Assembly: GCA_964016885.1 (NCBI GenBank)
Contig: OZ024743.1
Span: 181,970,001 to 182,034,000, forward strand
From: Eledone cirrhosa
Taxonomy: Eukaryota
Direction of reading: 5' to 3'
DNA length: 64,000 nucleotides
Position numbers and translations under genes: made by a program. The number at the start of each line of letters is the position of its first letter. Position 1 is the first letter of the stretch. The notes beneath the pieces were generated by a model. It did no database searches. It saw only the letters and a list, made by a program, of their open reading frames with translations, and was not told where the DNA came from. Shown in pieces: positions 10,974-24,149 of the stretch.

Positions 10974-12545
10974 GTGGGAAAGTAAAAAATCGGAGAATAG
11001 ACCGTTAAAACATGTTTATTTAAAATATCACCTACGTACGTTTCGCCCAGTTGGGCTTCTCAAGGGCATAAATAATCACAAGTGTTCCTTATATAGTTCG
11101 GAAAGAGTTTTGGGGGTTAAATCTACATCAAGATTCATTGCTCGCAAAAATATCTTGTTTTGATTTTGCAGCAGGTCAAGGGAGGTAACTCTGGCCGGTG
11201 TTAGGGCAGTCTTTCCCGGATAATTTTTTTTTTTCTTTTTTTTTTTCCCCCTTTGTCTGAGGCTGGGTCTGGTATGCAAGGATTGTTTTCTGGGTGTTAT
11301 TTTGCTGCGCCTGCCCGCCGGGGTGTTAAGACTTGTTGCAGGGAGATCCAGTGTACTATTTCACTCTTCATTCTTAACCCATCTAAAGAAGGATATTTTT
11401 AAGCGATGTGTACAACTTATCGCTGTTTCAGTTCTGCTGTTGATGAGCTCGTGGGGTGCAGTTATGATGTGGTAGAGCTCCATGAGGCAAAGATCGCATT
11501 TCCTCTTGAAGTTGTACGGTGCAGCCCTGCCGACAATCTCCCAGTGCGTGGAGAAGCTAATGTTTAAGTCCTTTAGTGATGTGATGTAGTCCGCGAGCGA
11601 AGTGGAGTGCCTTAGTTTTCTATTTGTGAAAGAGTGGAGATGTGTTCGAAACCTAATTTTGAACGGGCCGGAGGTGGCCCCTATATAATGTTTAACGCTA
11701 TTGTGGCTAGTAATAGTGCATCTATATATAACCCTATCAGTCAAGCAGTATCCTCTAAGGGGGCATCGTCCTCTGTCGCGGCAGTTGCAATTTCTGTCGC
11801 GGTTCCGTCGATTTCCCACGGTAAGGCTATCATTGTTGCTGCCTACGTTGTTACCTACGCTACCGCAACTGTCGTTAGCACAATTACAACCCACAGCACG
11901 CGGGATGGTGCGATTGTTATTCCGCACGTCATGTTCTGCATGTTCCCCAGTCACTTCGCGGTCATTCTGGTTGCGTCTGCGGATGCCGTTGCCAACACTA
12001 TTGGATGCTGTCAGGGAGTTGTTAAGGCCGATACAGTTATTGTCAGGTGTAGGTGCGTCTGCGTCGAGGTGCTGTGTCTTGGTCATCTTACTGTGGTTCG
12101 TTGTTCCTATGATGTCTGCTAGGTTATGAGTAGTAGAGAAGGATATTTTTATATTGTTCCTATTAAGAAAAAAAAAAAAAAAATTATCCGGGAAAGACTG
12201 CCCTAACACCGGCCAGAGTTACCTCCCTTGACCTGCTGCAAAATCAAAACAAGATATTTTTGCGAGCAATGAATCTTGATGTAGATTTAACCCCCAAAAC
12301 TCTTTCCGAACTATATAAGGAACACTTGTGATTATTTATGCCCTTGAGAAGCCCAACTGGGCGAAACGTACGTAGGTGATATTTTAAATAAACATGTTTT
12401 AACGGTCTATTCTCCGATTTTTTACTTTCCCACGTGCTTACGCTCTGCTAACTCTCTAGCCCACTAAATATTAACACTTCGAATATTTAATACTGCCGGC
12501 ACTAGTATCGAGCACCTTTGGCATACGCTACTTGGCAAATAACTA
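10971..12545 (-). mobile_element. Nematis-like PLE 3' fragment with GIY-YIG endonuclease and inverted arms (10971-11245 / 12165-12435)
   Basis: ORF 11361-12209: NRNNIKISFS, CNCRDRGRCPLRGYCL, VIYRC...YIGAT..FKIRF..H..SF, CDLCLME, LINSRTE...CTH; arms appear near-identical. Confidence 0.9.
12339..12378 (+). ncRNA. HHR, U3-A8 core variant (mirror copy at 11029-11068, -)
   Basis: tgccc-TTGAGAA-gccca ac tgggc-GAAA-CGTACG-TA-ggtg. Confidence 0.7.
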
Positions 12546-12591
12546 TATGTATCACCTATCCCTCCTTTTTCTCTCTTTCTCGATACGTAAA

Positions 12592-12626
<35 letters not shown>

Positions 12627-12684
12627 CTCTTTTTCTATCACTCTTCATTACAAATAGATCATATCTAAGTTCTACTATCAGTAC

Positions 12685-13015
12685 TGCGACTTGTGGGCTC
12701 GATTCCTGGACTGGGTTCTGTATTGTGTTCTTGAGCAAAACACTTCATTTTACGTTGCTCCAATATATTCAGCTAAAAATGAGTACCAGTAATATTTGCG
12801 GGTTTAAATCTGCGATGGACTGGCGTCCTGTCTAAGAAGGAGTCTTGTACTCTCTGTCACTTCCCGCCACAAAAACTAAAATAATCATCGACCTGATGAT
12901 CCCCCTGGTTTGAGACAAACGTTAAACTACGAAGGGCTGGCGTCCTATCCAGGGGGTAAGTCATGTACTTTCAGTCTCTTTACAACACCGAAACCATGAT
13001 AAGCAGACTTTAGAC
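12685..13015 (+). mobile_element. tRNA-derived SINE family A fragments; other copies at ~30455-30580, 30890-31140, 31190-31455, 33510-33595, 39930-40160, 56330-56560
   Basis: B-box-like GGTTCGATTCC followed by TTGTGTTCTTGAGCAAAACACTT...CAGCTGAAAATGAGTACC, shared among copies. Confidence 0.8.
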
Positions 13016-13312
13016 TTTTAAACTGTGACGGCTGCTCATCAAAGTGACACTTCATACACCGTAAAATCAGTTAGTCAGATACTTATAACTACTAATACTA
13101 CTATTAATACTAATACTACTCTATGAAATCTCAAAAACACTCCTCTAGCCATAATGTTTTATCAGATTTGTTTGTTTGCATACTTTTGTTGTTGATTATT
13201 GGTGGTGGGGGATCAGGAGTTCCCCACACTCCCATCAAACTACATTCCTTCGTTACTCCGCTGTGTACAATGAAAATATAAATATTGAAATATTGAATTG
13301 TTGCCAAACTAG

Positions 13313-13382
<70 letters not shown>

Positions 13383-13613
13383 GAATAATCGAGTATCGAA
13401 AAATCGGCGCACGAGTTCACGATAAACAAAATTCGAGATGAGCGGCAGAGGGCTCTATAATTCAAATAAATCAGAGCTATAACTATCGTTAAAATACCGT
13501 CACACGTAGAATATGTCTACAATCAACCAAATAACCGAAAAGTTCGATATGGAAGATTCGGGACACTCAGATAAATTATCAATAAATCAATAAATGAAAT
13601 GAATGTAAAAAGC

Positions 13614-13644
<31 letters not shown>

Positions 13645-13647
<3 letters not shown>

Positions 13648-13993
13648 CGCTGAATGTTAATATCGGTAGGGTTCTTTTATATCAATATTGTTGGGCATCC
13701 ACTGATGATTTATAAGTACCCACCTGCATATATTCCTATGGACTATGTGTAGGCTTCTACATAACCTGGACATTATTTTCCCAACTTGTAGAAAACTTAT
13801 AATGAAACGATCGTTTGGAAAGAGGGATGTATTTAATTATGTCTCATATAAAATAATACAACTGGCTATCCGCGCAAAATACGTATAGTTAGCACCCCAA
13901 ACGTATAATTGGGATTATACTAAGGTATATCCTAATGTTTGTTGAGTGAGACGGAAGTCGGAGTATTGCTTAAAGCTTTCTCTGTTAATGTAT

Positions 13994-14000
<7 letters not shown>
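13645..14000 (+). mobile_element. pLTR-like unit between (TA)n runs with branched-stem-II HHR at 13698-13819
   Basis: tcca-CTGATGA-t-ttataagt...acttataa-t-GAAA-CGATCG-TT-tgga. Confidence 0.7.
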
Positions 14001-14039
<39 letters not shown>

Positions 14040-14045
<6 letters not shown>

Positions 14046-14331
14046 AAGAATGAAGAGTAACATGGTTGGCTGTTACAACAAGGGGCTTTATTTCAGGTAT
14101 TAACAATTGTTTCATTGTTGTACATTGGCCCTTGTTGTACAGCCAACCATGTGACTCTTCATTCTTTCACTATTATTACTCCAAGTATAACCTACATAGG
14201 AATTCCCGCGAACTCGCTGCCTAACTATAGAAACATCTTGTTGAGTCAAACAAAGCCGTACGTTAAAACTATCCACGATGTAGAGTACTCACAACCTCTA
14301 ACTGGATTACCTATAGCGATAACTTGTTACC

Positions 14332-14335
<4 letters not shown>
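14040..14335. repeat. Fold-back (arms 14040-14085 / 14128-14172) with 3' extension; truncated PLE-type insertion
   Basis: ~45-bp inverted arms; the loop holds the 3' half of an HHR on - (GAAACAATTGTT...AATAAA); (TA)n on both sides. Confidence 0.65.
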
Positions 14336-14406
<71 letters not shown>

Positions 14407-14413
<7 letters not shown>

Positions 14414-15022
14414 CACGTGCTTATGCCGTATTTGACTAAATAGAATTAGTCTCTTAGTTTGAAATTTTTAAAAAACCCTCTGAATGGGAAAAAAAAGGAT
14501 GAGTACTGACGTACATGGGACACGAACCCACACCTTTGGTTTGCCGGACCGTTGTGTAACCATTAGACCAACACGACATCCATGTTTCCTTCCATTCAAT
14601 TAGAAGCTACATAACGATGGCAGGTATATATATTTATATAAATAGGGAGACACAAAGCAGGCTCTGTTTAGAAATGGCTAGCGAATTTGAAAATTAGGAA
14701 ATAACATGTGGTTATGCCGTATTTGACTAAATAGAATTAGTCTGTTGGTTTGGATTTAAAAAGAACTCTCTGAATGGAAAAAAAAGAATGAGTATTGACG
14801 TACAAGGGACACGAACCAACATCTTTAGTTTGCCGAAGCATTGAGCTACCATTACACCAACACGTCACCCATGCTTCCTTCCATTCAATTAGAAGCTATA
14901 TAACTATAGCAGGTAAATATATGTATATAAACAAATCCCAACGTACGGCGTAAGCACATGTTACTACCTAATTTCTAAATTCGATAGCTGTTTCTAAATA
15001 AAGCCTGCTTCGTGTCTCCCTA
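14407..15022 (-). mobile_element. Tandem (~291-bp period) plus inverted-arm element with tRNA-like core
   Basis: 14407-14700 repeats at 14698-14932; 14944-15022 is the reverse complement of ~14643-14721; (TA)n flanks. Confidence 0.75.
14507..14577 (-). pseudogene. tRNA-like cloverleaf (second copy at 14796-14866); apparent anticodon GGC, degenerate
   Basis: Acceptor GACGTGT/GTACGTC, A-box TGGTGTAATGG, T-arm GTGGG TTCGTGT CCCAT, discriminator A, T-run about 10 nt downstream; anticodon stem mismatched. Confidence 0.65.
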
Positions 15023-15069
15023 TATATACATATATATATGTGTGTGTGTGTGTATGTGTGTGTGTGTGT

Positions 15070-15295
15070 GTAAAAGGTAAACAGAAATAACAACACAATC
15101 GGTACACTATATGGAAGGGTTATATTAGGTTAACGCTTGATATAGCAGGAAGAGGGTCTTAATGTTTCGGACGCTAGTCCTTCATCAGAAGAAAGAATGA
15201 GAAATAAGATAGATTGACGGGACGAGTGGGATGGAATTGGAAAAAAATGTCTTTAGATCAAAAATAACAGGTCCACTCATGTTGACATCTCTTGC
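15070..15295 (-). mobile_element. pLTR-like unit with HHR at 15157-15192; related copy at 38120-38265
   Basis: tctt-CTGATGA-a-ggac tagc gtcc-GAAA-CA-TT-aaga. Confidence 0.7.
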
Positions 15296-15479
15296 AATAT
15301 ATATATATATATATAAGTATTTATATATATATATATATATATATATAGTTTTTATTTATTTTACTTTACATGGGTTTCCAATTTTACAAAGTTTATGTAA
15401 AAACAAAATAAACTATTAAAGGACCCAAAAAAGAAAAAAGAAAAAGAAAAAAAAGGAAAGGAAAAAATAATCAAGCAAC

Positions 15480-15880
15480 GAAAGAAAGGGGGGGGGGCGA
15501 TACCACGTCCCAGTCTGGGTGGTGCCTCAGCCGCGGCCCGTAGACAAAATGACAGAAAAACTTTACCGCAGAGACTGGCCATCCCCACCTCACGGGCTCC
15601 CTCCTCAAGTGGGCCGCCGTCTCCGATTTTAAGGAGTGCGGGTATCAAGGACACCAGAGCTCTCGACGGAGACCAGTACAAGCGAGAAGCGGTCGATCAG
15701 GCCCCGGTACGTGACTATCTCCCTCTCCCCTGTGGGGACCAAAGACGTCAAAGGACTCGACAGACTGGTACAAAGATGTAGAGGTCGGTCAGGCCCTGGT
15801 ATTTGACTATCTCCTTCTCCTCTGCATTGCGGGCAGCGGAGCCCGGGTTTGTTGCCAAAGCAACAAGCTTGTTGGTTATG
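15480..15880 (-). mobile_element. CRE-like non-LTR retrotransposon RLE C-terminal fragment with internal duplication
   Basis: ATNPGSAARNAEEKEIVKYQGLTDLYIFVPV..., repeated as EREIVTYRGLIDRFSLVLVSVESSGVL; similar to 56100-56250. Confidence 0.6.
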
Positions 15881-17151
15881 AGAGTTACCTGGCATCATCG
15901 ACCACAGAATTAGAAATTAAAAATAAAACAGGAGTTGAATATTGTTACATTGGCTGAATTATATGAAACATGGTGGGAACATTACGTTCGCTCTCACCAA
16001 AAATAGGTCAAAATTGACAAAAACAATCTAAAAGAAAAATGAGTAAATAGGACAAAAACAAAATATAACAAAAGAAAAGAGGGGTGCTGTTAAAACAGTA
16101 AAGCCAGTGGGACCAGGCCTTCAGATTAACAATAATTTAAATTGATCAATTTGTTTAAGCTTCGGGGAAAACTCTGTATGTATACAAAAATTAAGTAGTT
16201 ATTTCCCTGTCAGTGGGAAGTTTGTAACGTCAGAAGACTGTTTTATTGTTCCCACGCCATTTTAATTCACGTGACCAGGATAATTTGCCTCGCTTTGATG
16301 AATAAGAAATAAATAAATACATTATATATACACTGACTGCACTATTTTGTTTTTTAAAAAAATTTTGTTTGTTTTGGGGGGTTTTTTTCGGATTGCGAAA
16401 CAGTTTTATTTTAACCCCGTTTGACCTTTCTCTTGTAAAGCAGTAATTTAGACAGTTGGCTTTACTTATATATCATTAACTAGTAATGCAACTCTGGCGC
16501 TATCCAGGAAAATTTCTTCTTTCTTTCTTTCTTTTTTTTTCTTTCCGTCCTTCTTTCTTTCTTTTTATATTTTTATTTATTCTATATATTGATTTATTTT
16601 ATTTATTTATTTATTTGCCTTTGCTTTTCAGAAATCGAAATATTGTCGTTACTATTCAATATCCTACCTATTTTGTTCCTCTTCTTCTCCCACTTATTCC
16701 TGAGAGGGTCGTAGGGTCAGAGCCCTCAAACACCCCTTCCAGCGGGTCCTGTCAGAAGCAACCGTCTCCAACCTATTGTTGTTGTTTTTTATAGATCATT
16801 TTTTCTTTTGTTCTTTTTCACTGCAACTTCTCTCAATCTGCTGACAATAAACCAGCCCTACTTATGTTTCTTCCGTAACCTCTCCCCTACACACGTCAAC
16901 CATAATGTCTGACTCCCTAAACATTTACTACCCATCTTTCTTTTTCTTTTTTTTTTTTTGAACTCTATCCTTACTTTTTGTTCCTCTCAAGACAGAGTTC
17001 TCATGAAACGGAACATTAACAGCGTCAGCCGTAAACGGCAACAGTAACAGACCTTCGCTCCAACAACAACAGTCTCTTACCCCAACTACCACAGTTAGGT
17101 GTTCCTCTCATATACATATATACATATGTCACATACACACATTCTCTCTAA

Positions 17152-17747
<596 letters not shown>

Positions 17748-17748
<1 letters not shown>

Positions 17749-18130
17749 GTTTGTTTTGCAAGGTTTTTTTATATGAAATGGTGTGTCGAAACAAATATTG
17801 TTATACTTGGGGAGGGTCATATTGTTGTAATAATATTGTGCCAGAAATAATAACAGAACACACTCACTGTTTGGTTGGTTATCGCTTCTGTATATTTTAT
17901 ATCTCCATAGTTAATTCATTTGGCCATCAATGTTTATCACTGACTGACTAAGGGTCAAAAATACAGATATAAATACATATATATAGTCTAACAAACTTCT
18001 TTCGTTGCATATCTGCAACATCATCAGTGGTACTATTATGTTTCCTCCTGTTGTCACAGTGGTGGTGTACTGTTTGTGGATATGTGGTAGGATGCCTTCA
18101 TTAATCAGTAAACTAATTCAGAGAGGGAAG
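17748..18130 (-). mobile_element. pLTR remnant of a Naiad-related family with degenerate HHR (17989-18032)
   Basis: Terminal motif ATATTGTTATACTTGGGGAGGGTCAT; CTGATGA-t-gttgca gata tgcaac-GAAA on -. Confidence 0.7.
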
Positions 18131-18280
18131 TGCACAAGAGGCTGATACTGTCATTCTACAATTCTTTAAATAAAATTATTTCTATTTAAAAAAAAGGTGT
18201 GGGGGGGGGGGGGGTTAAATGGCAGAAATTGTTTTAGTTTCAAAACAAGATCTCAGATCAAGTCACTCGTCTGGCAAGTA

Positions 18281-18861
18281 CTCTCGGGTCTCCAATAATC
18301 TCTCCCCCCCCCACACACACACTTATTAATATTTCAAATTTTTTTCGACCCCCCCCCCCCCCCTTTCTGCTTATTAAATATTGCTAATCTATCTCCAGCG
18401 AAATGTTATTTTAAGTGGTAGCATTCCTGCGACAATTAATTTTCTTTACACATAAAAAAATACATTAAAAAAAAAATACATGCCAAAAAAAAAAAAATAC
18501 CGTATTTCCCGGCGTCGAAGATGGTACTTTTTTCCTAAAATAAGTCTCAAAATTCTACCATGCGTCCTGGAGGCCGAAGGTTGCATTTTGCATTTTTTTT
18601 TTTTTTTTTTTTTTTTTTTTGGTTGTCAAAATTAGGGTGCGTCTTCAGCGCCGGGAAATATAGTAAATTACTAGAAATACCAAACGTTATAAAATAAATA
18701 GGATAGGTTGTGGTCTCAATATGTAAACTAAACGACTAATTCTAGTTTTTTTTTAAATCAACGGAGACAACTTAGAAAAATTACCGATCCCCACTACTTA
18801 TTCCACCCTTATTCCACCTCCATTTTGTCCCACCTCACACCTATTATTTGGGACCCGAGAG
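18281..18861. mobile_element. Tc1/mariner-pogo-type MITE
   Basis: TIRs CTCTCGGGTCTCCAATAAT / ATTATTTGGGACCCGAGAG, TA target duplication. Confidence 0.75.
18500..18663. mobile_element. Nested pogo-type MITE
   Basis: TIRs CCGTATTTCCCGGCGTCGAAGA / TCTTCAGCGCCGGGAAATATAG, TA flanks. Confidence 0.75.
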
Positions 18862-19985
18862 TACAACTTCAAAATAACGTTACATGTATGGCAACACTAC
18901 CCCAAATTTCAACACTAATTCTACAGCCATGTTGACGCCAACACTGCGGTATCAATCAGAACTTCAAAGGGGTAAAAATACTCGGTTAATTTCCGCTAAG
19001 TTATCGAATTACGACAAACCAGGGAGTCCTTTTAGATCTATTCGCGCTCATTTGAATACTTGTCACCCCACCATAATATACACAGGATGTTTCTATGTGA
19101 TCACTTGGTCTGCTAGAAATATCAGCTAAATCTGCCTCCAAATCATACCCTGCCATCTTAAAAACGGCAAGAATATATTGTATAATGCAATCCGAGATAC
19201 ACAATGTATGAAATATCAGATGTTATATCCATTACTGAAATACCTTTTTTATTATAAGTCTGTTGAAAGAGGGTTAATTAAGAGTTAAACAACAATACGC
19301 GGATACTTTATCAAACCATATGTTAAGGGTTTTTTTAAAGATTAAGGCTTGCTAAGAACTTCTTAAGCGTCTTGTCGTGTACTTTTAGCTTCTGGACATT
19401 TAAAAAGCGTCTTATGTCAGTACATATATATTCATTAGGGATATGAAATCAAACAAAATAATAATAATAATTGTTTCTACTTTAGGCACAAGGCCAGCAA
19501 TATGAAGGGGAGAGGAAAATCGATTAAATCGACCCCAGTACATTACTGGTACTTTATTTTATCAATCCCGTGAGGATGAAAGGCAAAGCTAACCTCGGTG
19601 GAAGTTGACCTCAGAATGTAAAGAGACGTAACTATATATCGCAAAGCATGGTGTCCGACACTCTACCGATACTGCATGTGCAATGTAATCTGTTGAATGG
19701 ATAGTCCTTAATATAAGACGTTACAGTAAGGAGCAGGGCACGCATTACTCGTTCGTAATATAGAAGAATATTGGCGGAATAATCATATAAAATTTCAGTA
19801 AATTGTAGTTATAGCAGGCCATACATAACGACCAGGGATAGAAAATAGAAAGTATGTGCAGTAGAGAAGGACAGTTACCCAGCTGATGTTAACATTATGG
19901 TAAAGATAAATGATAAAGAAAAGATATCTAGCAATTAGAATTTGTTTTTTCGTTCTACCATAGCGGATACGCAAATGTATTCGTG

Positions 19986-20140
19986 ATAATATTCGATTCT
20001 TTTCCAAGCAAACAACCCCATTACGCTATGTTTGTTTAGATGACCAATGTCATCCTTTTGTTCTAGAGGAAGGATGGCGATGGTCATCTGAAAAACATAG
20101 CGTAATGAGGCAGTTTGCTTGCAAACGAATCGAATATTAT
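19986..20140. repeat. Imperfect ~155-bp palindrome (MITE-like)
   Basis: ATAATATTCGATTC...CATTACGCTATGTTT...AGATGACCA pairs with TGGTCATCT...AAACATAGCGTAATG...GAATCGAATATTAT. Confidence 0.75.
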
Positions 20141-20159
20141 TATTATTATTCGATATAAA

Positions 20160-20385
20160 AAGGGCGGTGGATTGGCAGTATCGGTAGTGGGTCGGACGCC
20201 ATGTTTTGCAGCAGAGAGTTACGGCCCTTTATGATCTGAGTTCAAATCCCGCCGAGGTTAACTTTGCCTTTCATCCTTACGGGGTCGATAGAGTAAAGTA
20301 CCAGTCACGCACTGATTTCGATTTAATCGACTTTCACCTCCCCCAAAATTGATGGCCTTGTGCCTATATAAGAAACCATTATTAT
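20160..20385 (+). mobile_element. tRNA-derived SINE family B (Meta-domain-like); other copies at ~19470-19670, 22540-22700, 22760-23190, 38745-38935, 38948-39255, 53805-54440
   Basis: GGCGGTG(A/G)ATTGGC head, GAGTTCAAATCC B-box, AACTTTGCCTTTCATCCTTACGGGGTCGATA...AAGTACCAG core. Confidence 0.85.
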
Positions 20386-20629
20386 TCGATATAAAACTCA
20401 CGAATATATCTCTAGCAATGTAATATGAAATCTGCAGGTACTCTACCTGGATTATAGATTTATAACTTATTACTTCAGCTCCACTTTTGAGAAAGTGGGA
20501 TTCACATAAAAAAAAATAGGAAGGTAAAGTAATAACAGCGCCCCCTATTAAAAACTTTTACCTAAACTTATTAACGGCCCCTTGTAATGGTAAATTGGAA
20601 TACCGTTGATAGCAAACAGTATAACAAGC

Positions 20630-21020
20630 ACATACATACACAAACACACACTAGTCACCAAAGATAGAATATAAACACATAAACACACAGAGACTCAGAC
20701 ACGAGCAAACGAGCACACACCAAATAGAACACACGCACATAAACGCATGCGCAAACAGAGATAACAAAAACAAAACGTTATAGAAACACATGTGGAAAAA
20801 CAGCGATAATCGCTGAAGATGTCATAGAAATGTGTGATGAAAGAACTTTGAGAAATTATATTTATATTTATATTTTCAACTATTGGTCAATCAATGATAA
20901 ACATCGATTGCCATCTAAATTATTTATAAAAATATAAAAATATACTGAAGCGAAAATCAAACCAAATAGTGAGTGTATTTTACTATTAGGACAACATGAC
21001 CCTCCCCAAATATAACAAAA
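20630..21020 (+). mobile_element. Old pLTR remnant (Naiad-related) with degenerate HHR at 20809-20852
   Basis: CTGAAGA-t-gtcat...gtgat-GAAAGAACTT-tga; terminal CATGACCCTCCCCAAATATAAC. Confidence 0.65.
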
Positions 21021-24000
21021 GATGGGTAAGTCTGTTCTATTGAATATATAAAATAATGTTAATACAGTATAGAAATGTCGTAAATGTAAACTAAGAAATA
21101 TACATAAATCTACTCTAATTGATTGTAATATATCTGTAAAACAGTCCGGCAAACTCTAATAAAATTTCCAGCATATTTACGAAAGTTAGTAACAAAAATA
21201 GAGAAATGACAAAATTAGAGACAAAATGTAATTTATATGTTACTATAGTATTTGATCGCTCAACCATGGAATTGATCAAATAGCAAGTTACAGTAAAGAT
21301 CGTGCAGGTGAAATGGTCAAGTTACAGCGAACAAAACTCATGGGTCAAATCAAGAGAGTTATTGCTCTGTTTTTCTACAAGAAGTTAGTTAAATTAAAAA
21401 GGTCAACATACTAGTTATAAAAACTAATGTCCTTGTGTGAGAGGTAATTTTACTGCACGGCTCAAAGGTTGCAAACGTTCTTTCTTTCCTTCTTCTTCTT
21501 CTTATTATTCTTCTTCTTCTTCTTTGCTCATTTATTCCTGAGAGGGTCGTGGGAGCAGAGTCCTCAAACATTCCTTCCATCGGGTCCTGTCAGAAGCATC
21601 GGTTACTATCCTCACTGGAAGCCAAATAAAGATACAGTATACATTCCTCTAATAACATTTCACGTATGGTGTACCATAGGGATTGGTATTTTCAACTAAT
21701 ATTTTCACTGTCTTTTCACGCCTTAAAAATATACAGACAGCCTTATATGAAGATATCACATTCTTATCTTTCCACTATTTTCCAGACACAGCTGCATAAC
21801 TATTCCAATGAATGTCATACAAATCAGTTCCACAGCATCAGACTTAATGTAACAACAGCAGAACTATTGTCTCCTTTCTTAACAGAGACACCAGAGAAAT
21901 GTGGTACCAACAAAAACTATTGTTTCCTTTTTGCCAGTGACCAGAGAGATGTGGTAATCAACGATGCCACCGTTTATCACACACACACACACACACGCAT
22001 GTGTGTGTGTGTGTATGTCACAAACGGTGACATCGTGTGTGTGTGTGTGTGTATGCGCACGTGTGTGTTCTGCTGTTTCTGGTCGTAAAACCTTATATAT
22101 TTTTCCTTCTTCGCACAAATGTATGAGTTTTATTTTCTTGTTTTATATTTACATTCAAAAGAATTCTTTGTTGATATTTATAAAAAGGTATAGGCATGAA
22201 ATAGGAGAGAATCATTTATTATAATGGAACTGTGGAAAATGTATTGTAGATGGTTGTCGTCTGATTACTAGCAAATATTAAACTAGCTAATCTACAACAC
22301 ATTTAACTTTATTGTGTTGATCAAGGGAAACATTTTAAAAAGAACATTAAAAGATGTGAGAATGCTTTATTTAATATGTGAGACGAAAAAGAGGTTTGCA
22401 GAATGTTATGCGAGTAACACATTGTAAAATCGCATGTATCTGCTTTAACAGAGCTTTATCTGACATTGAAACCGCCAACGTTTAAACAGAAGATGAACCC
22501 AGTCAAAGCCACTGCCTATGTATGGCTTTGGCTTGTTAATAATTTTTGCCAATTTAGGCAGAGGGCCGGAAATGTTTTGGGTAGGGGAAGCCGATTAAAT
22601 CAACCCACTACTTAACTGATAGTTTATATTGTCAACCCCGGAAGGATAAAAGGGAGACCTGAGCAATATTAGCACTGGAAGATCTATTAAGTACCGTTAA
22701 GCAATGTCATGCTAAGAGGATATGGTGAGGGTGATAAACTCTTTAGTACAATCATTAATATAGGCGGTGAATTGGCGGAGTCGTTAAAACGTCGGATAGA
22801 ATGATTTGTGGTATTCATTTCGGCTATCTGTTCTCAGAGTTCAAACCCTGCCGAGGTCAACTTTCCCTTTCACCCATTCAAGGTCGATTAAAAAGTACCA
22901 GTCAAGTACTGGGGTCTATTCTTCCTCTATATCTCGCACTGCCATTCTCTCTATATATATATCCTTCTCTGGAAGATGCGCTCCGCTAGGTGTCAAAAGT
23001 GCCCTATAAACGCCATATGTCAATATAAGGACCCTACGACTCCCTCAGCATAGAATTAAGTCCCTTTACGGTTTGAGTTCAAATCCTGCCGAGGTTAACT
23101 TTGCCTTTCATCCTTACAGGGTCGATAAAATAAAGTACCAGTAATGCACTGGTCTAATTGCTGGCCTTGTGCCAAAAATAGAAACAGTTATTAGAAACAG
23201 TTATTAGCTATAAGATTTTTCGATATATTGTATTTACCGGTATTAGAGATATGAATATATTTTCATGTTCTTATAGTTACTAAAAGTTATATTATCAGCT
23301 AGATGACAATGTTGTTGAATTGGTAAAGTCTTACAATTACATTCGTCTCGCGTTGGAAATTAAATGAGTTCTTGCTTGTTTTTTTTTGTTTAATGTTTTC
23401 AATGAAACTGGCCTCCAGTCGGAAAGTAAGGATAAAATGGAAGGTGTAAGATCATGTACAATATATATGTATATTCGGCTATCTCAGCACATACATATAA
23501 ATATTGGTGTATGCATAGATGCATATATGCATATATATATATGTCAGTGTTGAACAAACGAGCAACGATGGTTTGCTGGACACTACGGCTTAATACGGGA
23601 TGTTTGTTTACAAGCACACCGAGCATTATAATAAATGTTCGGTGAATCCATACGTACATATATATATGTGTGCATGTATGTATATATATATACATACTAC
23701 TGTACGTCTGTATACATATATGTATGTACGTGTACATACTTATATTTAAGTAACAGCCGTACTAAGAGTGGGAAATGAAATTTCGTTTCATTTTTTCCGT
23801 TTATATATATATGTATATACATATATAAATACCACATAACAATCACTTTTTGTTCAATGAATCTGTGGATATGAGGAACCGCAAGCGACACTAAGGTAGA
23901 CCCTACATACATCAATATAGTCATGGGTTGTTCAATAGATCTGTTGATATCAGGAACCGCAATAGGCATTAAAGTAGCCCTTACATACACTGATATAGTC

Positions 24001-24149
24001 ATGGGATTCTATGAACAAAATATTTACAGTCAATGTCTTTTCCCCAAACTTGACTGATTTAGTAAGTATCGCTACAATGACACTCCTGGCTAAGTGGTGG
24101 CGTGATTTAGATAAAGACTTACAGACATTGACACACGGACATGAACACA

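Noticed and set aside
12890-12925. CTGATGA in the SINE 3' end (also CTGATGA at 27350 on - and CTGAGGA at 33462) as hammerheads
   Set aside because: No correctly placed GAAA or stems I and III.
21780-21965. Possible host exons here and at ~38370-38520, 48272-48360, 53310-53360, 54459-54530
   Set aside because: There are plausible splice-like signals and short open frames, but no recognisable protein similarity or consistent gene model.
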